NCBI GenBank assembly: GCA_963743305.1
Contig: CAVUPH010000014.1
Span: 384,001-448,000 of the forward strand
Direction: 5' to 3'
Length of the DNA stretch: 64,000 nt
From: an uncultured delta proteobacterium
GTDB lineage: Bacteria > Desulfobacterota > RBG-13-43-22
Part shown: in pieces, positions 40,669 through 51,193 of the stretch
Numbering within the stretch: the stretch's first letter is position 1
Layout of the letters: each line of letters starts with the position of its first letter
Translations under genes and position numbers: made by a program
The notes under the pieces: model-generated
Databases searched by the model: none
The model's input: the letters and a program-made list of their open reading frames with translations, nothing else
Told to the model about the DNA's origin: nothing

Positions 40669-41082
40669 ATGAAAGTACTCGTGGCAACCGACGGCTCGGA
40701 ACATTCGATGAAGGCCGTTCAAAAAGCCCTGGAGATGGCCCAGAAGGAAGGGGTACTGGTCACCCTCATGTCCGTGGCCTATTTCTCCAAAGATGACTTC
40801 GATGACATGCCACCCAATATCCAGGACAAGTTGGAAGCCCAGGCGGCCTCGGCCTTAAAGAAAGCCAAGTCGGTCTTTGAGGCGCAAAAGATCCCCGTGG
40901 AAGCGGTGCTTGAAGCCGGGGTGGTGCCGGCCAATAACATCCTCAAGCGGGCCCAGGAAGGCCAGTATGATCTTCTGCTGATCGGCAGCACCGGGGTGTC
41001 CGGGATCAAACTGGCGCTCATGGGCAGCACGGCGGCCAAGGTGGTGGCTCAGGCCCCGTGCAGCGTCATGGTTATCCGCTGA
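40669..41082 (+). CDS. Universal stress protein
   Basis: VLVATDGSEHS, DLLLIGS.G, LMGSTAAKVV..APCSV. Confidence 0.92.
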   Translation: MKVLVATDGSEHSMKAVQKALEMAQKEGVLVTLMSVAYFSKDDFDDMPPNIQDKLEAQAASALKKAKSVFEAQKIPVEAVLEAGVVPANNILKRAQEGQYDLLLIGSTGVSGIKLALMGSTAAKVVAQAPCSVMVIR

Positions 41083-41182
41083 TTTTTTCCGGGGAGGTGA
41101 TTTCAACCCTCGACGGACGTTGGACGGTACTAAGGATTTAGTAATTCGTATGGAAATAAATAATAGACAATGGAGGATAACG

Positions 41183-41476
41183 ATGAAGATTTGGACAAAG
41201 ATCACCACTCTTATCACCGGTTTGCTTTTATTTTTTCCGGCTATGGTCCTGGCGTCAGGGCCCAAGGCAGCCAACCTGGTCATCGTGGCCGATACCCGGA
41301 AGTTCACCGGCTGGGAGGCCTGGTGGACCAATCTTTATAATGAAAGCCATTTGTATTTTACGCTGCTCACGGTGGCCATCATCCCCCTGGTGGGAGTGAT
41401 TTTTGGGACCATCGCCGACCTGGTCATGAGTCGTATCGGTCTCGACTTGAAGTCCAGGGAATTAGCCGAACATTAA
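41183..41476 (+). CDS. Small membrane protein, DVU0150-like
   Basis: RBS GGAGG; signal peptide, LVIVADTRK...NLYNES, one TM, DL..RELAEH. Confidence 0.65.
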   Translation: MKIWTKITTLITGLLLFFPAMVLASGPKAANLVIVADTRKFTGWEAWWTNLYNESHLYFTLLTVAIIPLVGVIFGTIADLVMSRIGLDLKSRELAEH

Positions 41477-41569
41477 TTGATTTCCCCTTCAGCCTCCGGC
41501 TCTCGGCGGAGATGGGGGAAGCGTTTTAGTCGAACGGGTTAATAATTCTAATTTTAGGAGGTCACACTT

Positions 41570-42622
41570 ATGGATTGGTTATATGTTCTCATGCCTATCG
41601 CCGGGGTCCAGATTTTTTGGCCCGGACTGATCATCCTCGGCGTAGGGGTCGGTGTCATTGGCGGGTTCTTCGGAATGGGCGGCGCCTGGATGGTAACGCC
41701 GGGCCTCAACATACTCGGCTTCCCCATGGCCTTTGCCATCGGCACCGATATAGCCCACATGGCCGGAAAATCCCTTATCGCCACCATGCGCCACGGCAAG
41801 TTCGGCAACGTGGATTATAAATTGGGCTTTATCATGCTGGGCGGCACGGTGGTCGGATTTGAAGTGGGCGCCCAGATGGTTATGTGGCTGGAACGATTAG
41901 GTAAGGTAGAAATGTATGTCCGCTATTTGTATCTGGTCCTCCTGGCTCTGATCGCCTGGATGGTCTTCGCCGATGTGGCCAAGAAAAAGAGGAAAGAACA
42001 GGCGGCCAAAGCAGCGGGCCAAGAGATCGATCAGTTGGCCACTGGCTTCGAATGGCATAAGACCCTGCATAAGCTGAAGATCCCCCCGATGGTCCATTTC
42101 AAAGAGGCCCAGATCTATTGCACCGCCTGGTTGCCCATTCTGGTGAGTTTTTTGACCGGCTGGCTGGCCGGGATCCTGGGCATCGGCGGGGGCTTGATTC
42201 GCATGCCGGCTTTGATCTACTTTGTCGGCTGCCCCACTCACGTGGCGGTGGGGACGGACCTTTTTGAGGTCATGATCTCCGGTCTTTACGGGGCCGCCAC
42301 CTATACCTATAAGGGGCGGACGGAACTGGTGGCGGCGATCATCATGCTGGTCGGCGCTTCGATCGGCGCCCAGGTGGGGACCGTGGCCACCAAGTATATC
42401 AAAGGCTACGGGATCCGCATCGCCTTCGGTTTGGCCGTTATCGGCTGTTTTTTTTCCATTGTGCTGAAGCTGATAGCCAAGGCGGTTCCGCCGGCTACGG
42501 GGGCCTGGTTTGACGGGGCGGCCACGGTCCTGGTTCTGGGCCTGGTGGCGGCCATGTCGCTCTATATCTTTGTCAGGATGTTGGCGGGCGCCAAGTTGGA
42601 ATTGGCGGCCAAAAAAAGATAA
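41570..42622 (+). CDS. TauE/SafE-family transporter
   Basis: GFFGMGG...AIGTD and GILGIGGG...AVGTD repeats; multiple TM segments. Confidence 0.88.
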   Translation: MDWLYVLMPIAGVQIFWPGLIILGVGVGVIGGFFGMGGAWMVTPGLNILGFPMAFAIGTDIAHMAGKSLIATMRHGKFGNVDYKLGFIMLGGTVVGFEVGAQMVMWLERLGKVEMYVRYLYLVLLALIAWMVFADVAKKKRKEQAAKAAGQEIDQLATGFEWHKTLHKLKIPPMVHFKEAQIYCTAWLPILVSFLTGWLAGILGIGGGLIRMPALIYFVGCPTHVAVGTDLFEVMISGLYGAATYTYKGRTELVAAIIMLVGASIGAQVGTVATKYIKGYGIRIAFGLAVIGCFFSIVLKLIAKAVPPATGAWFDGAATVLVLGLVAAMSLYIFVRMLAGAKLELAAKKR

Positions 42623-42661
42623 GGGTCATTTAGATCCCTAAAGCAAAAGGAGAAAAGCGTT

Positions 42662-43255
42662 ATGCTGAAAAAATATTGCGGATTGACTCTGCTGGTGATT
42701 CTGCCTCTCATCCTGGCCTACGGCTGCGGGGAAATGGGTAAAGTGGACCAAGGCCGGGTCATTGAATTCGATAAAGCCAAAGGGACGGTTACCCTGATCC
42801 AGGATATGAAAGCCGATCCTAAAAATCCGGATTACAGCCATCTGCCGCCCGTCACCTATGAAATTCCCAAGAACCCGGATGAGATGGGACCGGAACCCAA
42901 GGCCGGGTTGCGAATGAAACTGGATGCCAAGGCCAAACAGATCATTATCTTCGATCCGGTCTCCCAGAATTTCAAAACAATCGATTATACCCTGATCGAT
43001 CAGAAGGAAGGGGTGGATGCCGAAAATCCTTTGGTCATGGACAAGAAATTCCCGCTGGTGGAAAAGGAGAAGAAGGCCATTACCCTCTATTCCAAGAGAC
43101 AAAAGCTTCTGACTACCTTCAGCGTCCCGGATGAGTATTTCGCCCTTCCGGACAGCGCCTGGGATGCGGGCGACGAGGTGCGGATTTATTATAAGGAAAC
43201 CGGGAAGGCCCGACGGTTGATGAATATCAGCAAGACCAATATTTATAAAAAATAG
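42662..43255 (+). CDS. Lipoprotein (DUF4881-like)
   Basis: Lipobox LAYGC; VDQGRVI, GPEPKAG, GDEVRIYYK. Confidence 0.6.
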   Translation: MLKKYCGLTLLVILPLILAYGCGEMGKVDQGRVIEFDKAKGTVTLIQDMKADPKNPDYSHLPPVTYEIPKNPDEMGPEPKAGLRMKLDAKAKQIIIFDPVSQNFKTIDYTLIDQKEGVDAENPLVMDKKFPLVEKEKKAITLYSKRQKLLTTFSVPDEYFALPDSAWDAGDEVRIYYKETGKARRLMNISKTNIYKK

Positions 43256-43274
43256 CCGCCCCTGCTGGTGAAAC

Positions 43275-43328
43275 GCAAGAAGATCGCCGGGGGATCCGTG
43301 GGGCTCCCTGGCGATCCTCTTGCTTTTT
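43275..43328 (+). terminator. Rho-independent terminator
   Basis: gcaagaagatcgccgggg...ccctggcgatcctcttgc followed by TTTTT. Confidence 0.7.
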
Positions 43329-43390
43329 AGGGGGTTTATTGGTTTAATGATAATTCAAATTTCAACACCCAGGAACCGACCGGTCTGACG

Positions 43391-43600
43391 ATGAACATTC
43401 AACAAAAAATAGGAGTAGCCGTACTGGATGTGCTGATTTTAATCGAGTTGGGAATCAGTATGTATCGGGCCAACAAGACCCCCGATTTATTCACCCCGAT
43501 TTTTTTCAAGACCTTTTTTGTCCTGGTCATCCCCACCTTGATCGTGGCCGGGATAGTCATTAAAATGCTCCGGACCATTGAAGCCTCACCGAGCGCATGA
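43391..43600 (+). CDS. Small two-TM membrane protein
   Basis: 69 aa, two hydrophobic segments, ATGA overlap with the next gene. Confidence 0.6.
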   Translation: MNIQQKIGVAVLDVLILIELGISMYRANKTPDLFTPIFFKTFFVLVIPTLIVAGIVIKMLRTIEASPSA

Positions 43601-44385
43601 ACCTGGATCGGATTTCACGGTGGAGGAGATGGGCCGGCATTGCCGGCTCGATTTTTTGTCTCCTCAGCCTGTTGGCGGTCATAGACGCCCTGGTGGCGCG
43701 ATTTAAGCAGCCGCCCAGTTTATTTCAAGTGCTTCCGGGGACCGTCCTGGAGATCCAAGGGCCTCTGCGGGGGAAGGCAGACACCCCCGATAAACTGGCT
43801 TTTCAATGCGATTCCCGGGAAATCCGGATCCTTTTTGATGGAGTTCAGACCGGCTACTGGATGGGGGGGTATCTCTGGCGAGGGCGTCTGGTCATCGGCC
43901 CTGAAACCCGGCCAGGTCTCTATACACTTAAGATCCTCGGTCCTGGAATGGCCGCCAACCCGCCCTTCCCTCCTTTTCAGATCCGGGTATTCGGGGATGC
44001 GGATACGTATCGCCGGGCCCTGCCTTCTCTTGTTCAAAGATACTCCGGGGTGGTGCCCTGGGTGGCGGCGGTCTTCGCTTTTATCCCGGCCCTGGGATGC
44101 TTTGCCCTGGTTTTCTTTTTGTCCCAAAGGATAGAAGGCCTGCTGGCCGGGGAAGGCCGAGCGGAAATCTACCGGGTCCGTCAAACGAAGCGGGGTATCG
44201 AAATCTCCTTTGGCCTGGGCAGGGATCAGGGCTTGGAAGAAGGGACCCGGTTGAAACTGTTTGATGATAAAGGCCGGTCCCTGGGTACGGTAGAGGTCCG
44301 GAGCGTAACCGCCGGAGATGCCGTGGCCCTGGCCGTCGAGGAGCAGGGGGTACGCCCCGGCTATTGGTTGGCTAAAATCAGCTAG
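43597..44385 (+). CDS. Hypothetical membrane protein
   Basis: Two TM segments, GYWMGG.LWRG; translationally coupled. Confidence 0.65.
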   Translation: MNLDRISRWRRWAGIAGSIFCLLSLLAVIDALVARFKQPPSLFQVLPGTVLEIQGPLRGKADTPDKLAFQCDSREIRILFDGVQTGYWMGGYLWRGRLVIGPETRPGLYTLKILGPGMAANPPFPPFQIRVFGDADTYRRALPSLVQRYSGVVPWVAAVFAFIPALGCFALVFFLSQRIEGLLAGEGRAEIYRVRQTKRGIEISFGLGRDQGLEEGTRLKLFDDKGRSLGTVEVRSVTAGDAVALAVEEQGVRPGYWLAKIS

Positions 44386-44409
44386 TTGATCAACGGATGG
44401 AATAAGCGA

Positions 44410-46062
44410 ATGAAAGAGAAGGAATACCGCACCTTATGGTGGAAGATCGTATTTACCACCCTGGGTTTCTCTCTGATCCCCTTGTTCGGCCTGGGGTTTA
44501 CCATCTATTATCAGTTCAGCGTGTCGTACACCGCCAAGGTCATGGAGAACCTGAAAACCCTGGCGGAAAACCGCCGTAGTGCCATGGACCTTTTTTTTGA
44601 CGAGCGGATCTCCCAGTTGGTCACCATGGCCCATACCCACTCGCTCCAGCAACTGGCCGATGAAAATTACCTCAACAGAGTCTTTAATATCATGCAAACC
44701 CGATCCAAATCCTATATCGATATCGGGGTCATTGATCAGGAAGGTAACCATTTAGCCTATGTGGGTCCCTACCCTGAGCTTAAGGAAGTCAATTACAAAA
44801 AAGAAGACTGGTTTCAATCGGTCATGTCGGGCGGGATATACATCAGCGACGTTTTTTTAGGTTTTCGAAAATACCCTCATTTTATCATTGCCGTGATGAG
44901 TCGCGAAGGAAACCAGACTTGGATCCTGCGGGCGACCATTAACTCCGAAATCATCGACCAGGTTGTCCGGGCCGGCCAGATCGGGAAGAAGGGGGATGCC
45001 TTCATTGTCAATAAGCGGAATATCTTGCAGACCGCACCCCGCTTCAGCGGGGAAATTTTCGGCCACCCCAAAACCCCGGATTTTTCCCGGGTGATCGAGA
45101 ATCAAGTGGAAGAACAGTCCCTGGAAGGGGAAAGGGCCCTCTTTGCCGCCACGGTGATTAGTAATACCAAGTGGGTCCTGGTAATCAAGGAGGATCCTCA
45201 GGAACAGCTTACCCCGCTTTTGCGAGCCCGTTATTTGGCGGTTTTTCTTTTATTGGCCGGCGTTTTATTGATTGTCGGCGGGACGATTGTTACTTCCCGC
45301 TTGATGATGAAAAGGCTGATTCAAATCGACCGGGAAAAGGCGGTGAGTGAGGATTTGGTCATTCAGTCCAGTAAAATGGCGGCCCTGGGAAAAATGGCGG
45401 CCGGGATCGCCCACGAGATCAATAATCCCTTAGCCGTAATCGGCGAGAAAGCGGGCTGGATGAAAGACCTGCTGGCCGAAGAGGATATCTCGCGAAGTGA
45501 AAATTTCAAGGAGTTTGAAGATTCCATCCACAAGATTGAGTACCACGTGGAACGGGCTAAAAAAGTCACCCATCGCCTCTTAGGGTTTGCCCGAAGAATG
45601 GAACCGCTTCAGGAAACCGTGGATGTGAACAAAACTTTGGACGAAACCATCGATTTTCTGAAAAACGAGTCCCGGTATCGCAATATCGACCTTCAAACCG
45701 ACTTCTCCCCCGATTTGCCAAATATTACCAGTGATTCCTCTCAGTTACAACAAGTCTTTTTAAACATCCTGAACAATGCCATCGATGCCATCGGCAAGAA
45801 TGGGATGGTGATGATAAAAACCAGATTCCTCCCCAAAAATAGTGAACTTTCTGTTGAAATTACGGATAATGGCCCGGGAATCCCCAAGGAGATGGTAGCC
45901 AAAATTTTTGATCCTTTTTTTACGACCAAGGAAGTGGGCAAGGGAACGGGCCTGGGTCTATCCATTGTTTTCAGCATACTGGAAAAACTGGGGGGAAGAA
46001 TCATGGTGGCCAGCGAAGAGGGGAAAGGCACTACCTTTACGATTTATCTTCCGACCAAGTAA
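44410..46062 (+). CDS. Cache-domain sensor histidine kinase (NtrB-type core)
   Basis: [38 protein letters not shown]. Confidence 0.93.
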   Translation: MKEKEYRTLWWKIVFTTLGFSLIPLFGLGFTIYYQFSVSYTAKVMENLKTLAENRRSAMDLFFDERISQLVTMAHTHSLQQLADENYLNRVFNIMQTRSKSYIDIGVIDQEGNHLAYVGPYPELKEVNYKKEDWFQSVMSGGIYISDVFLGFRKYPHFIIAVMSREGNQTWILRATINSEIIDQVVRAGQIGKKGDAFIVNKRNILQTAPRFSGEIFGHPKTPDFSRVIENQVEEQSLEGERALFAATVISNTKWVLVIKEDPQEQLTPLLRARYLAVFLLLAGVLLIVGGTIVTSRLMMKRLIQIDREKAVSEDLVIQSSKMAALGKMAAGIAHEINNPLAVIGEKAGWMKDLLAEEDISRSENFKEFEDSIHKIEYHVERAKKVTHRLLGFARRMEPLQETVDVNKTLDETIDFLKNESRYRNIDLQTDFSPDLPNITSDSSQLQQVFLNILNNAIDAIGKNGMVMIKTRFLPKNSELSVEITDNGPGIPKEMVAKIFDPFFTTKEVGKGTGLGLSIVFSILEKLGGRIMVASEEGKGTTFTIYLPTK

Positions 46063-46085
46063 AGTGTTTCCGAGGGAGGTGACCC

Positions 46086-46487
46086 ATGGAAGAATTCAAG
46101 ATACTGGTGGTAGACGATGAAGACGATTTTCGGGAGACGATTGTCAAACGATTGCAAAAACGGAAGATGACGGCCCGGGGGGCGGAAAGCGGGGAAAAAG
46201 CGCTCGAATTCATTGAGGCCCAGCCTTTTGATGTGGTGGTTCTAGATGTCAAAATGCCCGGTCTGGACGGAATAGATACCCTGCGGGAGATTAAACAAAG
46301 AAGACCCCTGATCGAGGTGATTTTGCTCACCGGGCATGCCTCGATGGAATCGGGCATCGAGGGGATGAAATTAGGGGCCTTCGATTACGTGATGAAACCG
46401 GCCAACCTGGAGGAGCTGATTGAAAAAATGCGCCAGGCCTATGAAAAAAAAGTGGTCTCCGAAGCCCAGGAACTGGAAGGTCGCTAA
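46086..46487 (+). CDS. Single-domain response regulator
   Basis: ILVVDDE, LDVKMP, LTGH, DYVMKP; no output domain. Confidence 0.92.
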   Translation: MEEFKILVVDDEDDFRETIVKRLQKRKMTARGAESGEKALEFIEAQPFDVVVLDVKMPGLDGIDTLREIKQRRPLIEVILLTGHASMESGIEGMKLGAFDYVMKPANLEELIEKMRQAYEKKVVSEAQELEGR

Positions 46488-46499
46488 TCCCCTAGCCCC

Positions 46500-47441
46500 T
46501 CAAGGGTTGATGGGGGATTTTTTGGGATCGTTAGTCCCGAACAGATTTTGGAGGGCCTTCTTCAACTCCGGGAATTCAAAGTGGAAACCCAGGCCGACCA
46601 GTTTTTGCGGGAGTACCTTCTGGCCTTTCAACAGGACATTCCCAAATTCCCCCAGGATAAGTTTAAGCATAAACCCGGGGACGGCCGGAAGAAAGGCCGG
46701 CTTGCCGAGCACTTCGGCCAATATTCGGGTCAATTCTTTATTCCTCACCGGAGTGGGGCTCGTGCAGTTAATGGGACCGGCGGCTTCTTTTTGTTCCAAT
46801 AAGAAAAGAAAGATTCGAGTCAGATCCTGCTGGTGGATCCAGGGAAACCACTGGTTTCCAGTGCCCAGCGGGCTGCCTAACCCTTTATTAAACAAAGGGA
46901 TCATCTGATCCAGGGCGCCGCCTCTCCCGCCTAGAACAATCCCGAAGCGGCAACGAACTACTCGAACCCCGAAGATTTCGGCTTTCCGGGCCTCAGCCTC
47001 CCAGTCTCGGGCCATTAAAGCCAGGAAGTCGGACCCCGGCGGGGTGTCCTCCGTGATCTCTTCATCTTCGTGAAAGCCGTAATAGCCTACGGCCGAAGTG
47101 CTGAGCAGGACGGTCTCCAGCCCTTTTCGATCGGCTAAAGCGGAAACCAAGTTGCGGGTAGTCAGGATACGGCTGTCCCGCATTTCTTTTTTTGAAGCTT
47201 CGGTCCAGCGGCTGAAGATCGAAGCCCCCGCCAGGTTGATGAAGGCCTGGTGGTCAGCCACCGCTTTTTGCCAGGGACCTGGTTCCTGAGGATTGCCTTC
47301 CAGGAAGGCAGCCCCGGGAGGCAGGGGGCGGCCGGGTTTGATGGCCCGGGTCAAAAGGGTGACCAGATGGCCCTGGCCGGTCAACCGGGTAGTCAAATGG
47401 CTACCGACAAAACCCGTTCCGCCAGTGATAAGAATTTTCAT
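46500..47441 (-). CDS. TIGR01777-family NAD-dependent epimerase/oxidoreductase
   Basis: ITGGTGFVG, INLAGA, SAVGYYG, GNQWFPWIH. Confidence 0.9.
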   Translation of the reverse strand: MKILITGGTGFVGSHLTTRLTGQGHLVTLLTRAIKPGRPLPPGAAFLEGNPQEPGPWQKAVADHQAFINLAGASIFSRWTEASKKEMRDSRILTTRNLVSALADRKGLETVLLSTSAVGYYGFHEDEEITEDTPPGSDFLALMARDWEAEARKAEIFGVRVVRCRFGIVLGGRGGALDQMIPLFNKGLGSPLGTGNQWFPWIHQQDLTRIFLFLLEQKEAAGPINCTSPTPVRNKELTRILAEVLGKPAFLPAVPGFMLKLILGEFGNVLLKGQKVLPQKLVGLGFHFEFPELKKALQNLFGTNDPKKSPINP

Positions 47442-47444
47442 AAT

Positions 47445-48845
47445 TCAGATTGTATCAAAACCATCCACTTTGGCAATATTTTTGATATCCATCCCGAATT
47501 CCCTGATCCGATTCCAGACCGTGACCCGCGAAACCCCCAAGATTCGGGCGGCCTCGGATTGATTGCCAGCGGATCGCTTCAAGGCTTCCCGCAGGGCTTT
47601 CTTTTTCATTTCTTTTCGATCGGAGGGAGCGTTTGGAGTCGAACTATTAAAACGTTTTCCCTGGAAAATTCCGAGAGGAAGGTGCTGGGGCTGAATCAGG
47701 GCTTCCTGACAAGTCACCAAGGCGTATTCAAAGGCGCTTTTTAATTCCCGTACATTCCCCGGCCATTCGTAGCTGATCAAGGCCTCCATGGTCTCCGGGC
47801 TGATCCCCTGGATCGGCTTGCCGGTTTTCAACTGGATTCGCTTAAAGAAAAATTCCGCCAGCAGGGGAATGTCTTCCACCCGGTCGCGCAACGGGGGTAA
47901 GACGATAGGGATGACGTTGATTCGGAAAAACAGATCCTCCCGAAAGCCCCCCGTGGCGACGAGTTGTTTCAGATTTTTGTTGGTGGCCGAAATAATCCGG
48001 ACATCCACCGGAACCGGCCGATTTTCGCCCACCCGCTCAATAACTTTTTCCTCCAGGACCCGAAGCAGTTTCACTTGAGTGGAAAGCGGCAGGTCCCCGA
48101 TCTCATCAAAAAAAATGTCCCCCCCGTGGGCCGCTTCAAAGCGTCCTTTGCGGCCCTCATACGCTCCGGTGTAGGCACCCCGTACGTGTCCAAAAAGTTC
48201 GCTCTCCAATAACGTTTCGGTTAAAGCGGCACTATTGACCTTGACAAACGGCTTTCGTTTTCGCGGACCGATTTCATGGAGGGCTTTGGCAGCCAGCTCT
48301 TTTCCGGTGCCACTCTCACCCAGGATAATCACCGGGGCATCGGAAGGGGCCGCATTCGTGATCAAATTCAGGGCCAGTTGCAAAGGAGCAGCGTGGCCCA
48401 ATATTCCATGAAAGCTATCTTCTTCCCGCAGTTCCCGCCGGAAGGCCTCTATCTGGCTGTCTTTTTCCACGATCTCGGTCAGGTCGGTCAGTGTTTCCAC
48501 GGCCCCGATAACCTGTTTTCCGTCATCATGTAGAAGGGAAGCATTTTTTAGGACCGGGACATTGTTCCCGTCCTTTCGCTGGATGGCGCAGCGGCGCCGA
48601 TTCAGGCTGCCAAATTCAAAAACCGAACAAAACATCCGTCCCTTTTTGTCTCGCGCTTCTTTGCAAATATTACACTTCAGGACCGAACAGGGCTGTCCCA
48701 AGATCCCCTCCCGGGAATAGCCGGTAATTTTTTCAAAGGCCTGATTTACCGAGACGATAAGACCCATTGGATCGACAATCATTACCCCATCCTGGATCGT
48801 GTCCACTACCGTCTTCCAGTAACGACTCAACTCCTGTTCAAGCAT
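47445..48845 (-). CDS. PAS-domain sigma-54 enhancer-binding protein
   Basis: PAS with CSVLKCNIC; GESGTGKE, ESELFGHVRGAYTGA, WPGNVREL; Fis-type HTH. Confidence 0.93.
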   Translation of the reverse strand: MLEQELSRYWKTVVDTIQDGVMIVDPMGLIVSVNQAFEKITGYSREGILGQPCSVLKCNICKEARDKKGRMFCSVFEFGSLNRRRCAIQRKDGNNVPVLKNASLLHDDGKQVIGAVETLTDLTEIVEKDSQIEAFRRELREEDSFHGILGHAAPLQLALNLITNAAPSDAPVIILGESGTGKELAAKALHEIGPRKRKPFVKVNSAALTETLLESELFGHVRGAYTGAYEGRKGRFEAAHGGDIFFDEIGDLPLSTQVKLLRVLEEKVIERVGENRPVPVDVRIISATNKNLKQLVATGGFREDLFFRINVIPIVLPPLRDRVEDIPLLAEFFFKRIQLKTGKPIQGISPETMEALISYEWPGNVRELKSAFEYALVTCQEALIQPQHLPLGIFQGKRFNSSTPNAPSDRKEMKKKALREALKRSAGNQSEAARILGVSRVTVWNRIREFGMDIKNIAKVDGFDTI

Positions 48846-48857
48846 GGCCCCCCTCCC

Positions 48858-48903
48858 GTTAAAATTTAACAGGGCATTAAATATTTAATTTAACATTTTA
48901 ACA
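48858..48903. promoter_or_regulatory. Candidate enhancer (UAS) palindromes between the EBP gene and the tusA operon
   Basis: gttaaaatttaac, attaaatatttaat, ttaacattttaaca; ~135-180 bp upstream of the sigma-54 promoter. Confidence 0.45.
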
Positions 48904-49035
48904 TCTTTAAGACTACAAAAATAACCCTTTCTCCCCTATTCTTCATTCTAAGCGTAGGGCCAATAAATATTTATATAATCAAATTCAAATGGTTAAGAAA
49001 GATATGGCTGAATCGAACAAACCCTGGGGGACAAT

Positions 49036-49051
49036 TGGCCAAGACCTTGCT
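49036..49051 (+). promoter_or_regulatory. Sigma-54 promoter of the tusA-hdr-dsrE operon
   Basis: TGGCCAAGACCTTGCT = GG-N10-GC, divergent from the EBP gene. Confidence 0.75.
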
Positions 49052-49135
49052 AATTAAATTATTGAAATCCCCATTTTTCCCTGTGGGGGAGGAACGTTGC
49101 CCAACAATTTCAGAACCTATTCAAGGAGGTAAAAA

Positions 49136-49390
49136 ATGGCTGACACAGATCTGAACAGCATTACCGTGGCCAATACCGTCGATGCCCGGGGAAGCGCGTG
49201 CCCCGGACCGCTTTTGGAAGCCAAAAAAGGGATCGGCAAGGTCAAGGTGGGAGAGATCCTGGAAGTCCTGTCCGGTGATCCCGGGACCCGGGATGACATC
49301 CCGGCCTGGGCCGATAAAGTCGGACATGAATACCTGGGTCTGCTGGAAGCGAGCGGCTATACCCGGCTTTTTGTGCGTCGGAAAAAATAA
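49136..49390 (+). CDS. tusA: TusA-family sulfur carrier
   Basis: VDARGSACPGPLL, GEILEV, D.G...DIPAW. Confidence 0.88.
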   Translation: MADTDLNSITVANTVDARGSACPGPLLEAKKGIGKVKVGEILEVLSGDPGTRDDIPAWADKVGHEYLGLLEASGYTRLFVRRKK

Positions 49391-49407
49391 TCAGGGGCGT
49401 CAGGACC

Positions 49408-49830
49408 GTGCCGGAACAGGAAGGGAAGATTCTCATCTTAGCTACGGAACACTGTGCCTACCCGGGGGCCAATTCCGTGGGACAGGCCCACAGCTCGTAC
49501 CCGGCCAACACCTATATCCTCCGGGTGCCGGCACCGGTGCTGTTTCCCGAATCGTTTTACTTGAATTGCTTCAAAAAAGGGATCAGCGGCTTGATCATTA
49601 TGACCTGCGGGACCGAATGCCCTTACGAGGGGGCTTACCCGGCCCTGGCCAAGCGGATCGATCGGGTGTACGCCCTGATGAAGGCGCAGGACCTGGACCT
49701 GCGCCGGCTCCGGCTGACGGCGATCTGCACGGTTTGCAATCGGGCGTTTCTGAAGGAGGTCGAGGAGATGAATGCCCTGGTCCAAGAATTAGGACCTCCG
49801 GTCTTCGGAAAGGCCTCTCCGAGTGAATGA
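49408..49830 (+). CDS. MvhD/FlpD-like iron-sulfur subunit with atypical Cys pattern
   Basis: CAYPGA..VG....YP.N..I.RVP, CGTECPY, RLRL; adjacent to hdrA. Confidence 0.78.
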   Translation: MPEQEGKILILATEHCAYPGANSVGQAHSSYPANTYILRVPAPVLFPESFYLNCFKKGISGLIIMTCGTECPYEGAYPALAKRIDRVYALMKAQDLDLRRLRLTAICTVCNRAFLKEVEEMNALVQELGPPVFGKASPSE

Positions 49831-49840
49831 GGAGGAAGCC

Positions 49841-51193
49841 ATGGAACCCAGTCAAACCCTGACGTTTGACGCCCTGGTGGTGGGAGGCGGTATCGCCGGC
49901 CTGCAGGCGGCGTTGGATCTGGCGGAGCAGGATTATCGCGTGGCGGTAGTGGAGAAAGACACCACCATCGGCGGAAAGATGATCCGGCTTTCCAAGGTTT
50001 TTCCGACGCTCGATTGCGCCAGTTGCATTACCACCCCCAAGATGGCCGCGGCGGCCCATCATGAGCGGATTACGCTGTTCACCTATTGTGAACTGAACAA
50101 TCTGGATCGGACTCCGGAAGGTTTGACGGCAACCATCACCCAGAAACCCCGTTATGTGGACGCCCGTAAGTGCATCGGCTGTCGGCAATGCGAGTATACT
50201 TGTCCGGTTTATGTGCGGGATGAAGAACAGGGTGGATTCTCCGCCAGGAAAGCCATCTATATCCCTTTCTCCAACGCCATCCCTCAGACGGCCCTGCTGG
50301 ATGTAGAAAATTGTTTGTTGTGCGGTAAATGCGAAAAGATCTGTCCGACTCAGGCCGTGGATTTTTTTCAGGAACCCCGGGTTTTTCGGGTGGAGGCTAA
50401 AACGGCTGTTCTGGCCACCGGCTTCGAACCGATCCCGCTCGCCGACAAGGTCCAGTACGGCAACGGGGAGATCCCCAATGTCATTACCGCGCTGCAGATG
50501 GAGCGGCTCCTGGCCCCCCATGGGCCCTATGCCCGGGTCCTGCGTCCCTCGGACGGTATGGAGCCGGATTCGATCGCCTTTATTCAATGCGTCGGCTCCC
50601 GGGACCAGAGTCTGGGGGTTCCCTATTGTTCCCGGGTCTGTTGCATGTACGCCATCAAGCAGGCCATGCTCCTTTCCGGCGCCCTGCCTCTGGCGGACAT
50701 AATTATTTATTACATTGATATCCGGGCCTTTGGAAAAGGCTACGAACAGTTTTTCCAAAATGCTCAGGCCATGGGGATCCAGTTTGTCAAAGCCAAAGTG
50801 GCCACCCTGAGCGAAGGCGAAAGCGGACGGGTCACGGTCCGCTACGAAGCCCAGGATGGAGAAGGGGTGACCACGGCGGATCATGATCTGGTGGTGCTCT
50901 CCCTGGGGATGCTCCCGGGATGGAACCCCGAGGGTCTCTGTGCCGTGTCTCGGGATTCAGACGGTTTTATAAAAACCATTCAACCCAAAATCGCCCCGAC
51001 CTTGACGGACCTGGAGGGCGTTCTGGTGACCGGCGCGGCAGCCGGTCCTAAGGACATCGTGGATACGATCGCGGAGTCCGGCGCCGCGGCTATGGAGGCC
51101 GCGAAGTACCTGACGGTCCGAGCATCTTCCCCCCCAGGTCCTGACCGATTGAAAACCGGCCGGATAAATCCAGTGGATCGGGAGATCGGATAA
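49841..51193 (+). CDS. hdrA: HdrA-like FAD/Fe-S protein (short form)
   Basis: VGGGIAG, KVFPTLDCASC, two CxxCxxCxxxCP motifs, QCVGSR, YCSRVCCMY. Confidence 0.85.
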   Translation: MEPSQTLTFDALVVGGGIAGLQAALDLAEQDYRVAVVEKDTTIGGKMIRLSKVFPTLDCASCITTPKMAAAAHHERITLFTYCELNNLDRTPEGLTATITQKPRYVDARKCIGCRQCEYTCPVYVRDEEQGGFSARKAIYIPFSNAIPQTALLDVENCLLCGKCEKICPTQAVDFFQEPRVFRVEAKTAVLATGFEPIPLADKVQYGNGEIPNVITALQMERLLAPHGPYARVLRPSDGMEPDSIAFIQCVGSRDQSLGVPYCSRVCCMYAIKQAMLLSGALPLADIIIYYIDIRAFGKGYEQFFQNAQAMGIQFVKAKVATLSEGESGRVTVRYEAQDGEGVTTADHDLVVLSLGMLPGWNPEGLCAVSRDSDGFIKTIQPKIAPTLTDLEGVLVTGAAAGPKDIVDTIAESGAAAMEAAKYLTVRASSPPGPDRLKTGRINPVDREIG

